DNA of 55,788 nucleotides from Patescibacteria group bacterium. Its GTDB lineage: Bacteria; Patescibacteriota; Patescibacteriia; UBA10025; JAHIVO01. Position 1 is the stretch's first letter, and every line of letters starts with the position of its first letter. Under the pieces are notes generated by a model. It made no database searches and had not been told where the DNA came from. It saw nothing but the letters and a program-made list of their open reading frames with translations. Positions 8,612 through 19,553 of the stretch are shown one piece after another. The translations under genes were made by a program, and so were the position numbers. Location of the stretch: the NCBI GenBank assembly GCA_041666685.1, contig JBAYGJ010000002.1, positions 1-55,788 of the forward strand. Direction: 5' to 3'.

Positions 8612-8974
8612 ATGTCGCAGTACAGGCAATATATCGGGGAAAGCGGGGAAAGGATGGCAGAGGAATTTTTAGTATCTCGGAAATACCGGATTATCGACCG
8701 GCATTGGCACGGCCGCTACGGGGAAATCGATCTCGTGGCATGCGATCCGGCAAGCAAATGTTTGGTGTTTATAGAGGTCAAAACGCGCACATCTGAGGTA
8801 TACGGCCGGATACACGAGACTATTGACCGGCGAAAACTCGACCGGCTGGCCCTGGCTATCGACCGGTATGTCAGTGAGCATCGGTATCGCGGTCCCTACC
8901 GGTTGGATGCGGTATTCGTCAGGATCGGCCAGAGCCATGATATACAGCACCTGCCGAATGTTTCGATTGACTGA
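8612..8974 (+). CDS. yraN: YraN-family (UPF0102) endonuclease-like protein
   Basis: GESGERMAEEFL..GEIDLVA..LVFIEVKTR motifs. It lies downstream of rnhB, as in many bacteria. Confidence 0.8.
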   Translation: MSQYRQYIGESGERMAEEFLVSRKYRIIDRHWHGRYGEIDLVACDPASKCLVFIEVKTRTSEVYGRIHETIDRRKLDRLALAIDRYVSEHRYRGPYRLDAVFVRIGQSHDIQHLPNVSID

Positions 8975-9075
8975 ATGGGCTTGCATTAATTTCCTATTTC
9001 CCCTATACTCTGTATAGAGACTAGTTTGAATAAACTGGTCTTTTTTAGTAGGCATTACAATTATAAAAAAATATT

Positions 9076-10470
9076 ATGGGACAGGAAAATGACATTATCC
9101 AGGCGGTGAAGCAGATCTGTGAAGAAAAAAATATTTCAATGGAGTCAGTCGTTGAAACTATCGAGGCAGCGTTGGCGGTGGCCTATCGCAAGGATTTTGG
9201 CGAGAAAAACCAGAATATCAAGGTTGAGTTTGAACTGGCCAAAGCCAAGTCCAGGGTGTTTGACGTCAAGACGGTTACGACTGATGAAAAATTTGAACTG
9301 ACCGAAAAACTGAAGGAAGAGAAAAAAGCCCAGGAAGAGGCTGCGGCAGCTGAGGGTAAGCCGCTAGAACCGGACATGTCCGGGCGGGATACTGCCGGCC
9401 AGAATGAGGCAGGCGAAAATGAAGAGGATAAATTTGAACGGTTTAATCCGAAGACTGAAATAACCTTGACGGAAGCCAAGAAGATCAAAAAGAGTTCAAA
9501 GGTTGATGATGTGATAAAGACTGAATTGTTCCCGCCGGCCGCGTACGGCCGTATGGCGGCACAGACTGCCAAACAGGTGATTATCCAACGGCTGCGCGAA
9601 GCCGAGCGTGAAAATATCTACAAAGAGTACAAGGGCAAGGAAGGTGACGTGATCAATGGAACGATTCAACGGGTGGAAGGCCGGATGGTACTGGTTGACC
9701 TGGGCCAGACGATTGCCTTATTGCCGCCGCCCGAGCAGATACCACGCGAACGGTACGTGCCGAACCAGCGCTTACGGTTTTTTGTGGCCGGCGTGAATAC
9801 CACCTCCAAAGGTCCGGAGATAATTTTATCCCGGGCGCATCCGGATATGGTCAGGAAACTATTCATGCTGGAAGTGCCGGAAATTGCCAGCGGTTCAGTG
9901 GAAATAAAGGCGCTAGCCCGCGAAGCAGGATCCCGCACTAAGGTAGCTGTATCGACGACCCAGCGGAATATTGATCCCGTCGGCTCATGCGTCGGCCAGC
10001 GCGGCTCACGCGTCCAGACCATCATCTCAGAAATCGGCGGGGAGAAGATCGACATCATCGAATGGGACGCTAATCCGGTTCGGTTCATCTCCAATGCGTT
10101 ATCGCCGGCGAAGGTCCTGAGCGTAAAAATCAACGAAGAGGAGAAAACAGCTCTTGCAGAAGTAAAAGAGGATCAGCTGTCTTTAGCGATCGGTAAAGCT
10201 GGCCAGAATGTGCGTTTATCCGCCAAACTGACCGGCTGGAAGATCGACATCATTTCGGATACCGGCGAAAAGGTTACGGAAAAAAATACCGATGCCGTGG
10301 AAGTGAAAAAAAATGAAACGACTGACCCAATGCCTGAAGCTGCGGTTACGCCGGAAGCCAGCGCAGAGCCGGAAGTAAGTCCGGCGACAGTTGCTGAAAC
10401 CCCGTCCGAGGTTTCAGCAGCCACACCGGCATCAGAGGAGCCGGCCAAGCCTGAAGAGACAAAAGAATAA
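9076..10470 (+). CDS. nusA: transcription termination/antitermination factor NusA with an internal charged insert and a PE-rich tail
   Basis: N-terminal NusA domain, S1 ([19 protein letters not shown]) and two KH domains (GSRTKVAV.. and [17 protein letters not shown]). About 90 aa of low complexity sits after the NTD, with an acidic/proline tail. Confidence 0.9.
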   Translation: MGQENDIIQAVKQICEEKNISMESVVETIEAALAVAYRKDFGEKNQNIKVEFELAKAKSRVFDVKTVTTDEKFELTEKLKEEKKAQEEAAAAEGKPLEPDMSGRDTAGQNEAGENEEDKFERFNPKTEITLTEAKKIKKSSKVDDVIKTELFPPAAYGRMAAQTAKQVIIQRLREAERENIYKEYKGKEGDVINGTIQRVEGRMVLVDLGQTIALLPPPEQIPRERYVPNQRLRFFVAGVNTTSKGPEIILSRAHPDMVRKLFMLEVPEIASGSVEIKALAREAGSRTKVAVSTTQRNIDPVGSCVGQRGSRVQTIISEIGGEKIDIIEWDANPVRFISNALSPAKVLSVKINEEEKTALAEVKEDQLSLAIGKAGQNVRLSAKLTGWKIDIISDTGEKVTEKNTDAVEVKKNETTDPMPEAAVTPEASAEPEVSPATVAETPSEVSAATPASEEPAKPEETKE

Positions 10471-10495
10471 TTATTTAATAAATAATCATCTGATT

Positions 10496-12490
10496 ATGTC
10501 ATTGCCTCTCATTCTCGCACTTGGGGCAGCTGCCCTGGCCATCGTGTATGGCGCCATATTGATCCGCTGGATTATTCGTCAGCCAAAAGGCGACGATAAA
10601 ATGCAATCCATCGCCAAAGCAATCCAAGAAGGAGCGAGCGCGTATTTGAACCGCCAATATCGCACGGTTGGCCTGATTGCCATCGTAGTATTCATTGTTT
10701 TATGGCTCCTTATTGATTTAAAGACTGCTCTGGGCTTCCTAGTCGGCGCGGTATTATCGGCATTGGCCGGCTACATCGGGATGAATGTTTCCGTACGGGC
10801 GAATGTACGTACTGCAGAAGCGGCCAAACAGGGTTTAGCTCGGGCGTTATCCGTTTCTTCAAAAGGCGGAGCTGTAACCGGTTTGCTGGTTGTGGGCCTC
10901 GGTTTGCTCGGAGTGGCCGGTTACTATGCCATCACGAAAGATGTTAAGGCCCTGATTGGTTTGGGCTTTGGCGGAAGCTTGATTTCGATCTTTGCGCGGC
11001 TGGGCGGCGGCATCTATACGAAAGCGGCTGATGTCGGCGCTGACCTAGTCGGTAAAGTAGAGGCGGGCATCCCTGAGGATGACCCCCGCAATCCGGCGGT
11101 GATTGCCGACAATGTAGGAGATAATGTTGGCGATTGCGCCGGTATGGCAGCGGATCTTTTTGAGACCTACGCCGTGACTGCGGTAGCGTCGATGCTGCTC
11201 GGGTCGCTGTTGTTTGTCGGTTTTGAAAATGCACTCCTCTATCCGCTGGTGATCGGCGGCCTGTCAATTATCACGTCTATTATCGGAATATTTTTTATCC
11301 GCCTGGGCAAGTCTCAAAATATCATGGGGGCGCTCTATAAAGGGATGATTGCCGCTGGCGTCCTGTCGGCCATCGCATTTTATCCGCTGACCCGTTGGCT
11401 CATGCAGGATAATGGCCGGTATACAGTCAATAATATTTATCTTGCCTCATTGGTCGGCCTGATTGTGACAGCCTTACTGGTCGTCATTACTGAATATTAT
11501 ACATCGACAAAATACGGTCCGGTTCGCGGAATTGCGAAAGCGTCCGAGACCGGGCATGCGACGAATATTATTAACGGTCTGGCAGTTTCCATGAAAGCGA
11601 CTGCCCTGCCGGTGCTGGTTATCGGCGGTGGAGTTTTGGCGGCGTATGCGTTAGCGGATATTTATGGAATTGCCATTGCAGTCATGAGCATGCTCTCATT
11701 GACCGGGATTATTGTGGCTATCGATGCGTACGGGCCGATCACCGACAATGCCGGAGGCATAGCCGAAATGGCAGAATTGCCAAAATCCGTACGTGATATT
11801 ACCGATCCGCTGGACGCTGTTGGAAATACGACGAAGGCTGTGACCAAGGGATACGCAATAGGTTCAGCGGGGTTGGCGGCTTTAGTGCTTTTCGCTTCAT
11901 ATACTCAGGAATTAGCCGATCGAGGCATGAATTTACTTTTTAATCTGGAAGACCCGAAAGTTATTGTCGGGTTATTTATCGGCGGACTTATGCCGTACCT
12001 ATTCGGGGCGCAAGCCATGCAGGCAGTAGGCAAAGTAGCCGGATATGTTGTTGAAGAGGTGCGGCGTCAGTTTCGCGAGAACAAGGGTATTATGGCAGGC
12101 ACTTCAAAACCGGATTATGCCAAGACAGTGGATATCGTTACGAAAGGTGCCATCAAACAAATGATCGTCCCAGCGCTGATGCCAGTGGTCGTTCCGATTG
12201 CGGTCGGATGGCTGATGGGCCCGGTTGCCCTTGGCGGCTTGCTGGTGGGCAGTATCGTTACCGGTATTTTTGTGGCGATTTCCATGACTACGGGCGGTGC
12301 GGCCTGGGATAATGCAAAAAAATATATTGAAAGCGGAGCATTTGGCGGCAAGGGATCGACGGCGCACCAGGCTGCGGTCACCGGCGATACGGTAGGAGAT
12401 CCATACAAGGACACGGCCGGGCCGGCAATTAATCCGATGATTAAAATCCTGAACATTGTCGCGCTGTTGATTATCGGTTTCATTATCTAA
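10496..12490 (+). CDS. hppA: membrane-bound K+/H+-translocating pyrophosphatase
   Basis: Multi-pass membrane protein with [37 protein letters not shown] and [15 protein letters not shown] signatures. Start taken at ATG 10496, after the nusA stop. Confidence 0.93.
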   Translation: MSLPLILALGAAALAIVYGAILIRWIIRQPKGDDKMQSIAKAIQEGASAYLNRQYRTVGLIAIVVFIVLWLLIDLKTALGFLVGAVLSALAGYIGMNVSVRANVRTAEAAKQGLARALSVSSKGGAVTGLLVVGLGLLGVAGYYAITKDVKALIGLGFGGSLISIFARLGGGIYTKAADVGADLVGKVEAGIPEDDPRNPAVIADNVGDNVGDCAGMAADLFETYAVTAVASMLLGSLLFVGFENALLYPLVIGGLSIITSIIGIFFIRLGKSQNIMGALYKGMIAAGVLSAIAFYPLTRWLMQDNGRYTVNNIYLASLVGLIVTALLVVITEYYTSTKYGPVRGIAKASETGHATNIINGLAVSMKATALPVLVIGGGVLAAYALADIYGIAIAVMSMLSLTGIIVAIDAYGPITDNAGGIAEMAELPKSVRDITDPLDAVGNTTKAVTKGYAIGSAGLAALVLFASYTQELADRGMNLLFNLEDPKVIVGLFIGGLMPYLFGAQAMQAVGKVAGYVVEEVRRQFRENKGIMAGTSKPDYAKTVDIVTKGAIKQMIVPALMPVVVPIAVGWLMGPVALGGLLVGSIVTGIFVAISMTTGGAAWDNAKKYIESGAFGGKGSTAHQAAVTGDTVGDPYKDTAGPAINPMIKILNIVALLIIGFII

Positions 12491-12500
12491 TTTTCAGCTT

Positions 12501-13139
12501 ATGTACGAAGGTGTACGTCAGGTATTCGTGCCTTTAGTACAAAAGAAGATACGTGAGGTGGTTGGCGAGGAACATTTACCAAGCAAGCCACCTTTTATCT
12601 TATCGCCAAACCATATCGGGTTTTTTGACGCTCCCTTTTTGACGGTTTTTGTCCTGAAAAAATATAACCTTCCTTTATATGCGCCTACCGTGATGCATAT
12701 AGTGAGAGCGTGGGGCGGCCAAAGCATCGCCCGTCGCTGGATGGGCATGCTGCCGGTGAGGCCGGAAAATCCTGCTTCAGTCCTCGATGAGGCCAATGAC
12801 TTGTTACGGCAGAACAATATTGTCGCAATTTTTCCCGAAGGTTCCCGCAATGACGACCCAAACCAATTGGACAAGGGTAAGACCGGGGCGGTGAGGCTGG
12901 CGCTCATGTCCGGCGCGCCACTGATCCCCGTAGGGTTGATCAGCAATACGGGGTATAAGATATGGACTGGGCTGTACAGTTTGTTCAGGCATGACCGGTA
13001 CGTGAAAATGGTTTTCGGCCAGCCTTTGGATTTGTCAGAATATCGCGGCCAGCCTATTGATAAGCCCTTATTGGAGTCGGCACACCGGAAGCTCATGCTG
13101 GCGATTAGCGCCCTGTGCGGTAAAGTGTATAATTACTGA
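12501..13139 (+). CDS. PlsC-family lysophospholipid acyltransferase
   Basis: NHIGFFD (HX4D) and FPEGSRN motifs. Confidence 0.75.
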   Translation: MYEGVRQVFVPLVQKKIREVVGEEHLPSKPPFILSPNHIGFFDAPFLTVFVLKKYNLPLYAPTVMHIVRAWGGQSIARRWMGMLPVRPENPASVLDEANDLLRQNNIVAIFPEGSRNDDPNQLDKGKTGAVRLALMSGAPLIPVGLISNTGYKIWTGLYSLFRHDRYVKMVFGQPLDLSEYRGQPIDKPLLESAHRKLMLAISALCGKVYNY

Positions 13140-13141
13140 AC

Positions 13142-13813
13142 ATGACAAAAAAAGTATATCCCATCACTCGTTATACGCTTTTCCCGCTCATCCGGTTTTT
13201 TATAAAAAAAACCTTAGGGCTTGAAAACTTGCCCAAAAAGGGCCCATACCTCATAGCCTGCAAACATATGGGGCCGCTTGACGGCGTCTTTATCGGCGCG
13301 GTAATTGTGCCCTATATCAATCAGAAATTATATTATTTTACCAACGTGGCCCAGTGGGGCTGGGTGTGGGAAAAATTAGTGGCCGAGCGTTGGGCCGGTT
13401 CCATCCCGTACTACCGCGACAATCCGGGAGCCAGCCTGGAAATCGCCAACGAGCTCATACGGCAGGGGAAAGTCATCGGGATTTTCCCTGAAGGCATTAT
13501 CCAGGATTATGGCCAGCGTGGCCGTGCCAAAACCGGCGCCGCCCGGCTGGCTATTTGGCATCATATTCCGATCGTGCCGGTCGGTCTCGTCCATGATATC
13601 AGTGTCAGGACGGACTTGCCGCGGATGTTCCGTAAGCGGCAGGTGTTAAAGAATATTCTGCTCAATCCCCATTCCCTCGAAATCCATATTGGGCAGCCGT
13701 TTGAAATCAGTCAATATTACGGACGCGACATGACGCACGAAATGCTGATCGAAGCTACGAACGCCATTATGATGAATATCGAGAAGCTGACGAAAATAAA
13801 CGTCATTTCTTAA
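13142..13813 (+). CDS. PlsC-family acyltransferase (second copy)
   Basis: CKHMGPLD (HX4D) and FPEGI motifs. It starts 2 nt after the previous gene. Confidence 0.7.
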   Translation: MTKKVYPITRYTLFPLIRFFIKKTLGLENLPKKGPYLIACKHMGPLDGVFIGAVIVPYINQKLYYFTNVAQWGWVWEKLVAERWAGSIPYYRDNPGASLEIANELIRQGKVIGIFPEGIIQDYGQRGRAKTGAARLAIWHHIPIVPVGLVHDISVRTDLPRMFRKRQVLKNILLNPHSLEIHIGQPFEISQYYGRDMTHEMLIEATNAIMMNIEKLTKINVIS

Positions 13814-13858
13814 TTTTTTTATAAATGTAGGCCAATTAATAATTTTCATAATAAATAT

Positions 13859-15310
13859 ATGGAATGGAAAACACTTTCCCATTTACCGGCCAGCGACATC
13901 CGTGAGATGCAAAATGACATCTTGCGTAAATTTGTGCGGCACCAGTTACCGTATTCCCCTTTTTATCGCGCCATGTTTGAAAAAAACAAGATTAGTTTTG
14001 ACGACATCAGAACTGTAGATGATCTGCAGAAATTGCCCTTTTCCGACAAGTCGGATGTCGCACCGACTGCGGACGATCCCGGAAAGTCACGGAAATTTAT
14101 CCTCCAGCCCGATGAGCATTTGATAAAGAAATATGCGTCAAAGAAGTTTCTGGTGAATGTTCTCTGGGGCAAGATGACTAAGCAGGACGTGAAACGGAAA
14201 CTGGAATTTTTATATAAGCCGATCCATATCCATTTCACCACAGGCCGGACCGCCTTGCCGACTTCGTTTGTTTATTCTGGCAGTGATGTCGAGGTGTTGA
14301 AAGAGGCCGGCGAACGCATGCTTGACACGGCTGGCATCACCAGGGATTTGGTAGCCATTAATGCCTTTCCTTATGCCCCCCATTTGGCGTTCTGGCAGGC
14401 GTACAACGCCCTGACCAAGCTGGGCATGACCTCTGTGCATACCGGCGGCGGCAAAATCATGGGGACGCAAAAAATTCTCGATGCGACCGAGAAGTTAAAG
14501 GCCGGTGTACTGACAGTTATCCCCGGATATGGGTACCATCTGTTGCGAGAGGCGGTCAAACAAGGAAGGAATTTTTCCGGACTGAAATTTATCATCAGCG
14601 GCGGCGAGCGAGCCAGCGCCGGGCAGAAGGTAAAAGTGCACGAGCTTTTGGAGCAGCTGCAGGCCAAAGATGCGCAATATCTGTCCACCTATGCCATGAC
14701 CGAAGGCAAGACTGCCTGGATCCAATGCCACGAGCGTTCCGGTTACCATACGTATCCTGACTTGGAGATCTGGGAAGTTATAGACAAGAACGGTAAGGTA
14801 GTCAAGCCGGGCGAGCCAGGGGAATTAGTTATCACCACGATCGGCTGGCACGGGTCAGTCGTCGTCCGTTACCGCACCGGCGATATGACGGAAGGGATGG
14901 ACTATGAACCTTGTCCGCATTGCGGCAAGACCGTCCCGCGCATCCGCATGGATATCCAACGCAATTCAGAAATAAAAGAATTCCACCTGACAAAAGTGAA
15001 AGGTGAATTAATCAATTTAAATGATTTTTATCCGGTCATGTCCGGTATTGCCGAGATTGATGAATGGCAGGTGGAGATCCGCAAGAAAAATAATGATCCG
15101 TATGATACTGATGAGTTGGTGGCGTATGTAGCCGTGAAACCCGGCGCATCATTCAGCCAGGTCAAAGCAGAAGTCGACAAGAAAGTCCGCAGTGAAATGT
15201 TTGTCACAGTTCTGATTGAAGAAAAGAAATTGGCCGAGCTGGAGCAGATGCTTGGCACAGAGACAGAGCTGAAGGAAAAGCGGATTATCGACAAGCGGCC
15301 AAAGGTATAA
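13859..15310 (+). CDS. PaaK/F390-synthetase-like adenylate-forming enzyme (acyl-CoA/AMP ligase)
   Basis: The N-terminal pattern (..YSPFYR..F....I.F.DI..V.DL.KLPF..K.DV) and YRTGD motif are typical of the phenylacetate-CoA ligase family. Confidence 0.7.
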   Translation: MEWKTLSHLPASDIREMQNDILRKFVRHQLPYSPFYRAMFEKNKISFDDIRTVDDLQKLPFSDKSDVAPTADDPGKSRKFILQPDEHLIKKYASKKFLVNVLWGKMTKQDVKRKLEFLYKPIHIHFTTGRTALPTSFVYSGSDVEVLKEAGERMLDTAGITRDLVAINAFPYAPHLAFWQAYNALTKLGMTSVHTGGGKIMGTQKILDATEKLKAGVLTVIPGYGYHLLREAVKQGRNFSGLKFIISGGERASAGQKVKVHELLEQLQAKDAQYLSTYAMTEGKTAWIQCHERSGYHTYPDLEIWEVIDKNGKVVKPGEPGELVITTIGWHGSVVVRYRTGDMTEGMDYEPCPHCGKTVPRIRMDIQRNSEIKEFHLTKVKGELINLNDFYPVMSGIAEIDEWQVEIRKKNNDPYDTDELVAYVAVKPGASFSQVKAEVDKKVRSEMFVTVLIEEKKLAELEQMLGTETELKEKRIIDKRPKV

Positions 15311-15313
15311 AAG

Positions 15314-16213
15314 ATGGCACGCGATATTATCATCATGATCGAAGGCGGGGCCATGCTTGGCGTGTTCGGCGCCGGCGTAGTGACGGCCTTCCAGGAGGCG
15401 GACATCTACCCCCGGATACATAGTGTTTATGGAGCTTCAGCCGGCGCCCATGATTTGGCGTATTTTTTGGCAGCCCAGGCGGACAGCCGGCAGGCGCGGG
15501 TCGGCTCAAGCATTTATTATGAGGATTTAATCGGCAGGCGATTTATCAACCCAAGTCGTTTTTTTGTTTACATCTGGGACCTTATCGTACGCAGGTTCAG
15601 GCCCCGCCACGCTGTACGCCATATTCTTGATCTTGATTATATCATCCACGTCGAGCAGACTGTTAAAAAACTTGATGTTCGTGCCCTCGTGGGCCAACTG
15701 ATCCCATTTTATATCGCGGCCTACGATGTTGCCAGGGGGCAGGTTGTCTTTTTGGACGGCAAGCAGGACACGTTCCAAACGTTGAAAGCTTCCTCCACAG
15801 CTTCGCCGTTTTATGCCAATACCGTCGAGGTTCGGGGGCGCCAATATCTCGACGGCGGGTTGATCCAAGATTGGGATGTCGAAAAGATTGTTCGTGAACA
15901 TCCGGAAAAGAAGATTGTGTATGTCATCAATAATAAAAAGAACCCTTGGTTTACGGGTTTCGTGTTGCCCTATTATTTGTTAGAAGCTGTACTTAACCTG
16001 ATGTGTTTCGGATGGAAAATTTCTTGGTCACGACTAAAAAATTCTTTTGCCTATGAGACCAAGAAAAAATTATTCAAATTTCCGAACGTGACCGTGGTGA
16101 GTAATGTTCTGGAGTTCACGAACAGTATTACCGATAAGGCAGTGTTGCTCAGCATTTACGAGCACGGCCTCGTAAAAGGCAGGGAGGCTTTGGTTAGGTT
16201 AGGTTTAGCTTGA
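15314..16213 (+). CDS. patatin-like phospholipase
   Basis: Oxyanion GGAMLGVFGAGV, nucleophile elbow YGASAGA (GXSXG) and catalytic DGG. Confidence 0.8.
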   Translation: MARDIIIMIEGGAMLGVFGAGVVTAFQEADIYPRIHSVYGASAGAHDLAYFLAAQADSRQARVGSSIYYEDLIGRRFINPSRFFVYIWDLIVRRFRPRHAVRHILDLDYIIHVEQTVKKLDVRALVGQLIPFYIAAYDVARGQVVFLDGKQDTFQTLKASSTASPFYANTVEVRGRQYLDGGLIQDWDVEKIVREHPEKKIVYVINNKKNPWFTGFVLPYYLLEAVLNLMCFGWKISWSRLKNSFAYETKKKLFKFPNVTVVSNVLEFTNSITDKAVLLSIYEHGLVKGREALVRLGLA

Positions 16214-16275
16214 AAAAACCTCGGAACTAGTCTATTATTAAGTATCCAAGGCTGATTTTTTATCCCCAAAAAACC

Positions 16276-17559
16276 ATGAAAATAAGCATCAAGAATCTTC
16301 CCAAAAGCCAAGCCGAACTTACCATTGAGCTGAGTCCGGATGAGATGAAGCCGTTTCAGGAGCAGGCTGCAAAAACATTGTCCTATGGCACCAAGATTGC
16401 CGGGTTCAGGCCGGGCAAGGCACCCTATGAAATGGTTGAGCGTGAGGTGGGCGCCATGAAGATCCTGCAGGAAGCGGCGGAGAAGGCTGTCGAAAAATCA
16501 TTTACAGACGCAATCATTGACCGCAAGCTGGTGACTATCGGACCGCCCCAAGTCAATGTGGAGAAGCTGGCGCCTGGAAATCCGTTCACGTACAAGGCTA
16601 CTGTCTCGCTGTTGCCAAAGATTGAACTGACTGATTACCATAAAGTCAAAGTGGCCAAGCGTGAGGTGAAAGTAGAAGCCAAAGAAATCGACGAGACGAT
16701 CACGAATTTGCGGAAAATGTACGGCAAGGAAAAACTGGTCACCCGCCCCGCCCGGCATGGGGACAAGGTGGAGATTGACCTGGATACTTATATGGATAAA
16801 GTGCCGATTGACGGCGGGACTAGCAAGAACCATCCGGTCATAATCGGCGAAGGGCATTTCATCCCCGGATTTGAGGAAAGTGTCATTGATGTGGTATCCG
16901 GGGAGACAAAGGAATTCCAGTTGAAGTTTCCTAAAACATACCATCGCAAGGATCTAGCCGGGAAGCCGGTCGATTTCAAGGTAAAGGTGAATGCCGTATA
17001 TGAAATTGAGCTGCCGGCTGTGGACGATTCTTTTGCAAAGATGCTCGGCCAATTCGAGAAGCTGGATGACATGCGCAAGGAAATCGAGCGGAGCCTGCAC
17101 CGGGACAAAACCACTAAGGAGCAGCAGCGCTGGGAATTGGAGATCATTAGTGTGCTGATTTCCAGGTCGACTTTCGGCGAGTTGCCGGAAATCCTCATCG
17201 AGACGGAGCTGCATAAGATGATGCATGAATTGGAACACGAGGTGACTGGCGAAGGAATGAAATTCGATGATTATTTACAGAGTATCAAAAAATCCAGGGA
17301 AGAGCTGGAGAAGGAATTCAGGCCTCAGGCGGAAAAGAGGATCAAAACTGCGCTGGTACTTCGGACCATCGCCCAGGAGGAGCACATCAAAGTCAGTGAC
17401 GAGGAATTGGATAAAGAAATCTCCCTGCATCAGCAGCAGTATACCAAAAAGCCTGAAATCGCCGAACAACTCAAAACCCCGGAGTACCGGGATTACCTGC
17501 GCAATATCCTGCGCAGCCGAAAGGTTTTCGCGTGGTTCGAAAATAATCAGCCGAAATAA
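16276..17559 (+). CDS. tig: trigger factor
   Basis: The N-terminal ribosome-binding segment (GFRPGKAP), central FKBP-like domain and C-terminal arms are collinear with Tig. Confidence 0.9.
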   Translation: MKISIKNLPKSQAELTIELSPDEMKPFQEQAAKTLSYGTKIAGFRPGKAPYEMVEREVGAMKILQEAAEKAVEKSFTDAIIDRKLVTIGPPQVNVEKLAPGNPFTYKATVSLLPKIELTDYHKVKVAKREVKVEAKEIDETITNLRKMYGKEKLVTRPARHGDKVEIDLDTYMDKVPIDGGTSKNHPVIIGEGHFIPGFEESVIDVVSGETKEFQLKFPKTYHRKDLAGKPVDFKVKVNAVYEIELPAVDDSFAKMLGQFEKLDDMRKEIERSLHRDKTTKEQQRWELEIISVLISRSTFGELPEILIETELHKMMHELEHEVTGEGMKFDDYLQSIKKSREELEKEFRPQAEKRIKTALVLRTIAQEEHIKVSDEELDKEISLHQQQYTKKPEIAEQLKTPEYRDYLRNILRSRKVFAWFENNQPK

Positions 17560-17570
17560 CCAACTGTCGT

Positions 17571-18404
17571 ATGAACATCGGCGCCCACGTTTCCATTGCT
17601 GGTGGCGTGTATAACGCGCCAATCAACGCACACCGCGCCGGTTGCGAATGTTTTCAGATGTTCACGCGCTCGCCGCAGGGCGGTTCGGCGCCCATTTTGG
17701 ATCCCGGCACGGTCAGTTCCTTTCATGCCAATATGAAGCAATACAAGCAGGCTGCCGTGTATATCCACACCCCATACTATATCAACCTGGCGTCTGCTAC
17801 TGACCGGATCCGTTTGAATTCTATCCGTATAATTCGGGAAGAATTGGAGCGCGGGACATTGCTCGGAGCGAAAGCACTGATGACCCATTTGGGCTCATCA
17901 GCAGGCGTAGGCCAGGATTTGGCCGTAGAAAAAGTTATTGAGGGAATTAAAAAGATTGTTGAGGGGTATAAAGGCACGACGCGATTTCTACTGGAGATCG
18001 CCGCCGGTTCCGGTAATATCATCGGCGATACGTTTGAGGAAATCGGTCAGATAATAAAAGCGGTGCCGGAATATGATTTGGGCGTCTGTTTCGATACCTG
18101 CCATGCGTTCGCCTCGGGGTATGACTTGAGGACGAAAAAAGCCATTGGCGTGACTTTGAAGGCGTTTGAAAAAGCAATCGGTCTGGATAGGCTTGTCCTC
18201 ATCCATGCGAATGACGCTAAATTTGAAATTGGTACGCACAAGGACCGGCACGAGCATATTGGGTATGGCCATATCGGCAGGGAAGGCTTTCGTATTCTTC
18301 TCCATCATCCCCAATTACGGGCGGTTGATTTCATCCTAGAAACACCGCCCAGTGAGAAAAAGGAAATTAATGACATTATGATGTTAAAAAAACTACGTAC
18401 ATGA
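17571..18404 (+). CDS. nfo: deoxyribonuclease IV (endonuclease IV)
   Basis: MNIGAHVSIAGG.., CFDTCHAFASGYD, HANDAK, DRHEHIG signatures. Confidence 0.9.
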   Translation: MNIGAHVSIAGGVYNAPINAHRAGCECFQMFTRSPQGGSAPILDPGTVSSFHANMKQYKQAAVYIHTPYYINLASATDRIRLNSIRIIREELERGTLLGAKALMTHLGSSAGVGQDLAVEKVIEGIKKIVEGYKGTTRFLLEIAAGSGNIIGDTFEEIGQIIKAVPEYDLGVCFDTCHAFASGYDLRTKKAIGVTLKAFEKAIGLDRLVLIHANDAKFEIGTHKDRHEHIGYGHIGREGFRILLHHPQLRAVDFILETPPSEKKEINDIMMLKKLRT

Positions 18405-19039
18405 TGAGATTTTTGCGGAAACTGCCGACATATATCCTGTGGACAATGTTTGCCGTGGCCATCGTGCTCATAATTGCTACTTTCACCGACGCGAATTTAT
18501 TACTCACCAAACCATTGGTCCATAATGATCCACCGCTAAAATCTGACGTCGTGATAATATTGGGGGGCGGCATTTTGGCGGATACCCATTCTTTGCCTTG
18601 GGGCGTCGAGGAACGGGTAGCGAAAGGCGTCGAATTGTATACAGGCGGGTATGCGCCGAAAATAATCGTTTCCGGCGGTATCGTCCATTATGGGGGCGAG
18701 GCGGAGAGTGAAGTCATGGCTCCATATGCAGAAATGTTGGGTGTCCCGGCCAATGATATTATTCAAGAAGACCGGTCTAAGGATACCCATACGAATGCCC
18801 TTTACAGCACACAGATTATGCAGGAACACGGCTGGCAGCGGGCTATCGTGGTGACGTCTGATTTCCATACGAGCCGGGCATGCCGGATATTTAAAAAAGT
18901 CACTCAGAATATCCTCTGTGTTGCCGCACCGCGTAATCCCGCATTCGAGGGAAATTATTTCCGCAATCTCATGGATTTCCGTGCCACGGTCCGCGAATAC
19001 GGCGCTTGGGTGTATAATTGGATGAAGGGTAATCTTTAA
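18401..19039 (+). CDS. YdcF/DUF218 family protein
   Basis: N-terminal TM helix, then VIILGGG.. and VVTSDFHTSRA motifs. A 4-nt overlap with nfo. Confidence 0.7.
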   Translation: MMRFLRKLPTYILWTMFAVAIVLIIATFTDANLLLTKPLVHNDPPLKSDVVIILGGGILADTHSLPWGVEERVAKGVELYTGGYAPKIIVSGGIVHYGGEAESEVMAPYAEMLGVPANDIIQEDRSKDTHTNALYSTQIMQEHGWQRAIVVTSDFHTSRACRIFKKVTQNILCVAAPRNPAFEGNYFRNLMDFRATVREYGAWVYNWMKGNL

Positions 19040-19049
19040 CCGAAACCAT

Positions 19050-19553
19050 ATGAAAATTGGCATCATGTCCGATTCCCATGATAACCAGCCGAACATCGAA
19101 AAAGCGCTGGCGTACCTGACAGAGCAAAAGATCGCTACGATCATCCATTGCGGGGACGTGTGTGCACCAGCGACCTTGGCATTCATGGCTGAACATTATC
19201 ACGGGCAGATCCATATGTGTTTCGGTAATGTGGATGGCGACCGGTATAACATGACGAGAATGTCATTTGAGGACTTTAAGAATGTAAAAATACATGGCGA
19301 AATTGGGGAGCTGGTAGTAGGCGGGAAAAAAATCGCTTTTGTCCATTATCCCTACATGGCCAAAGGCCTGGCCGCCGAGGGTAAGTATGACATGGTATTC
19401 TATGGGCATGACCACAAGCCCTGGGAGGAGATGATCGGAGAAACGCGGATAGTGAATCCGGGAAATTTGGCGAATATTTTTTACGCACCGACTTTTGCGA
19501 TATTCGATACGGAGACGGGCAAGTTGGAATTAAAGATATTGTCTAAAATATGA
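19050..19553 (+). CDS. YfcE/MJ0936-family metallophosphoesterase
   Basis: MKIGIMSDSHDN, HCGD, GNVDGD, YGHDHKP metal-ligand motifs. Confidence 0.8.
   Translation: MKIGIMSDSHDNQPNIEKALAYLTEQKIATIIHCGDVCAPATLAFMAEHYHGQIHMCFGNVDGDRYNMTRMSFEDFKNVKIHGEIGELVVGGKKIAFVHYPYMAKGLAAEGKYDMVFYGHDHKPWEEMIGETRIVNPGNLANIFYAPTFAIFDTETGKLELKILSKI

Noticed and set aside
10391-10495. N-terminal extension of the hppA ORF that overlaps the nusA 3' end
   Set aside because: The extension is an out-of-frame read-through of the nusA tail. The conserved pyrophosphatase sequence begins at the ATG at 10496, after the nusA stop.
12518-13096. 192-aa minus-strand ORF
   Set aside because: It is antisense to the PlsC-family acyltransferase gene, whose HX4D and FPEG motifs support the plus strand.
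18536-19186. 216-aa minus-strand ORF
   Set aside because: It is antisense to the well-supported YdcF-family and YfcE-family genes and has no recognisable motifs.
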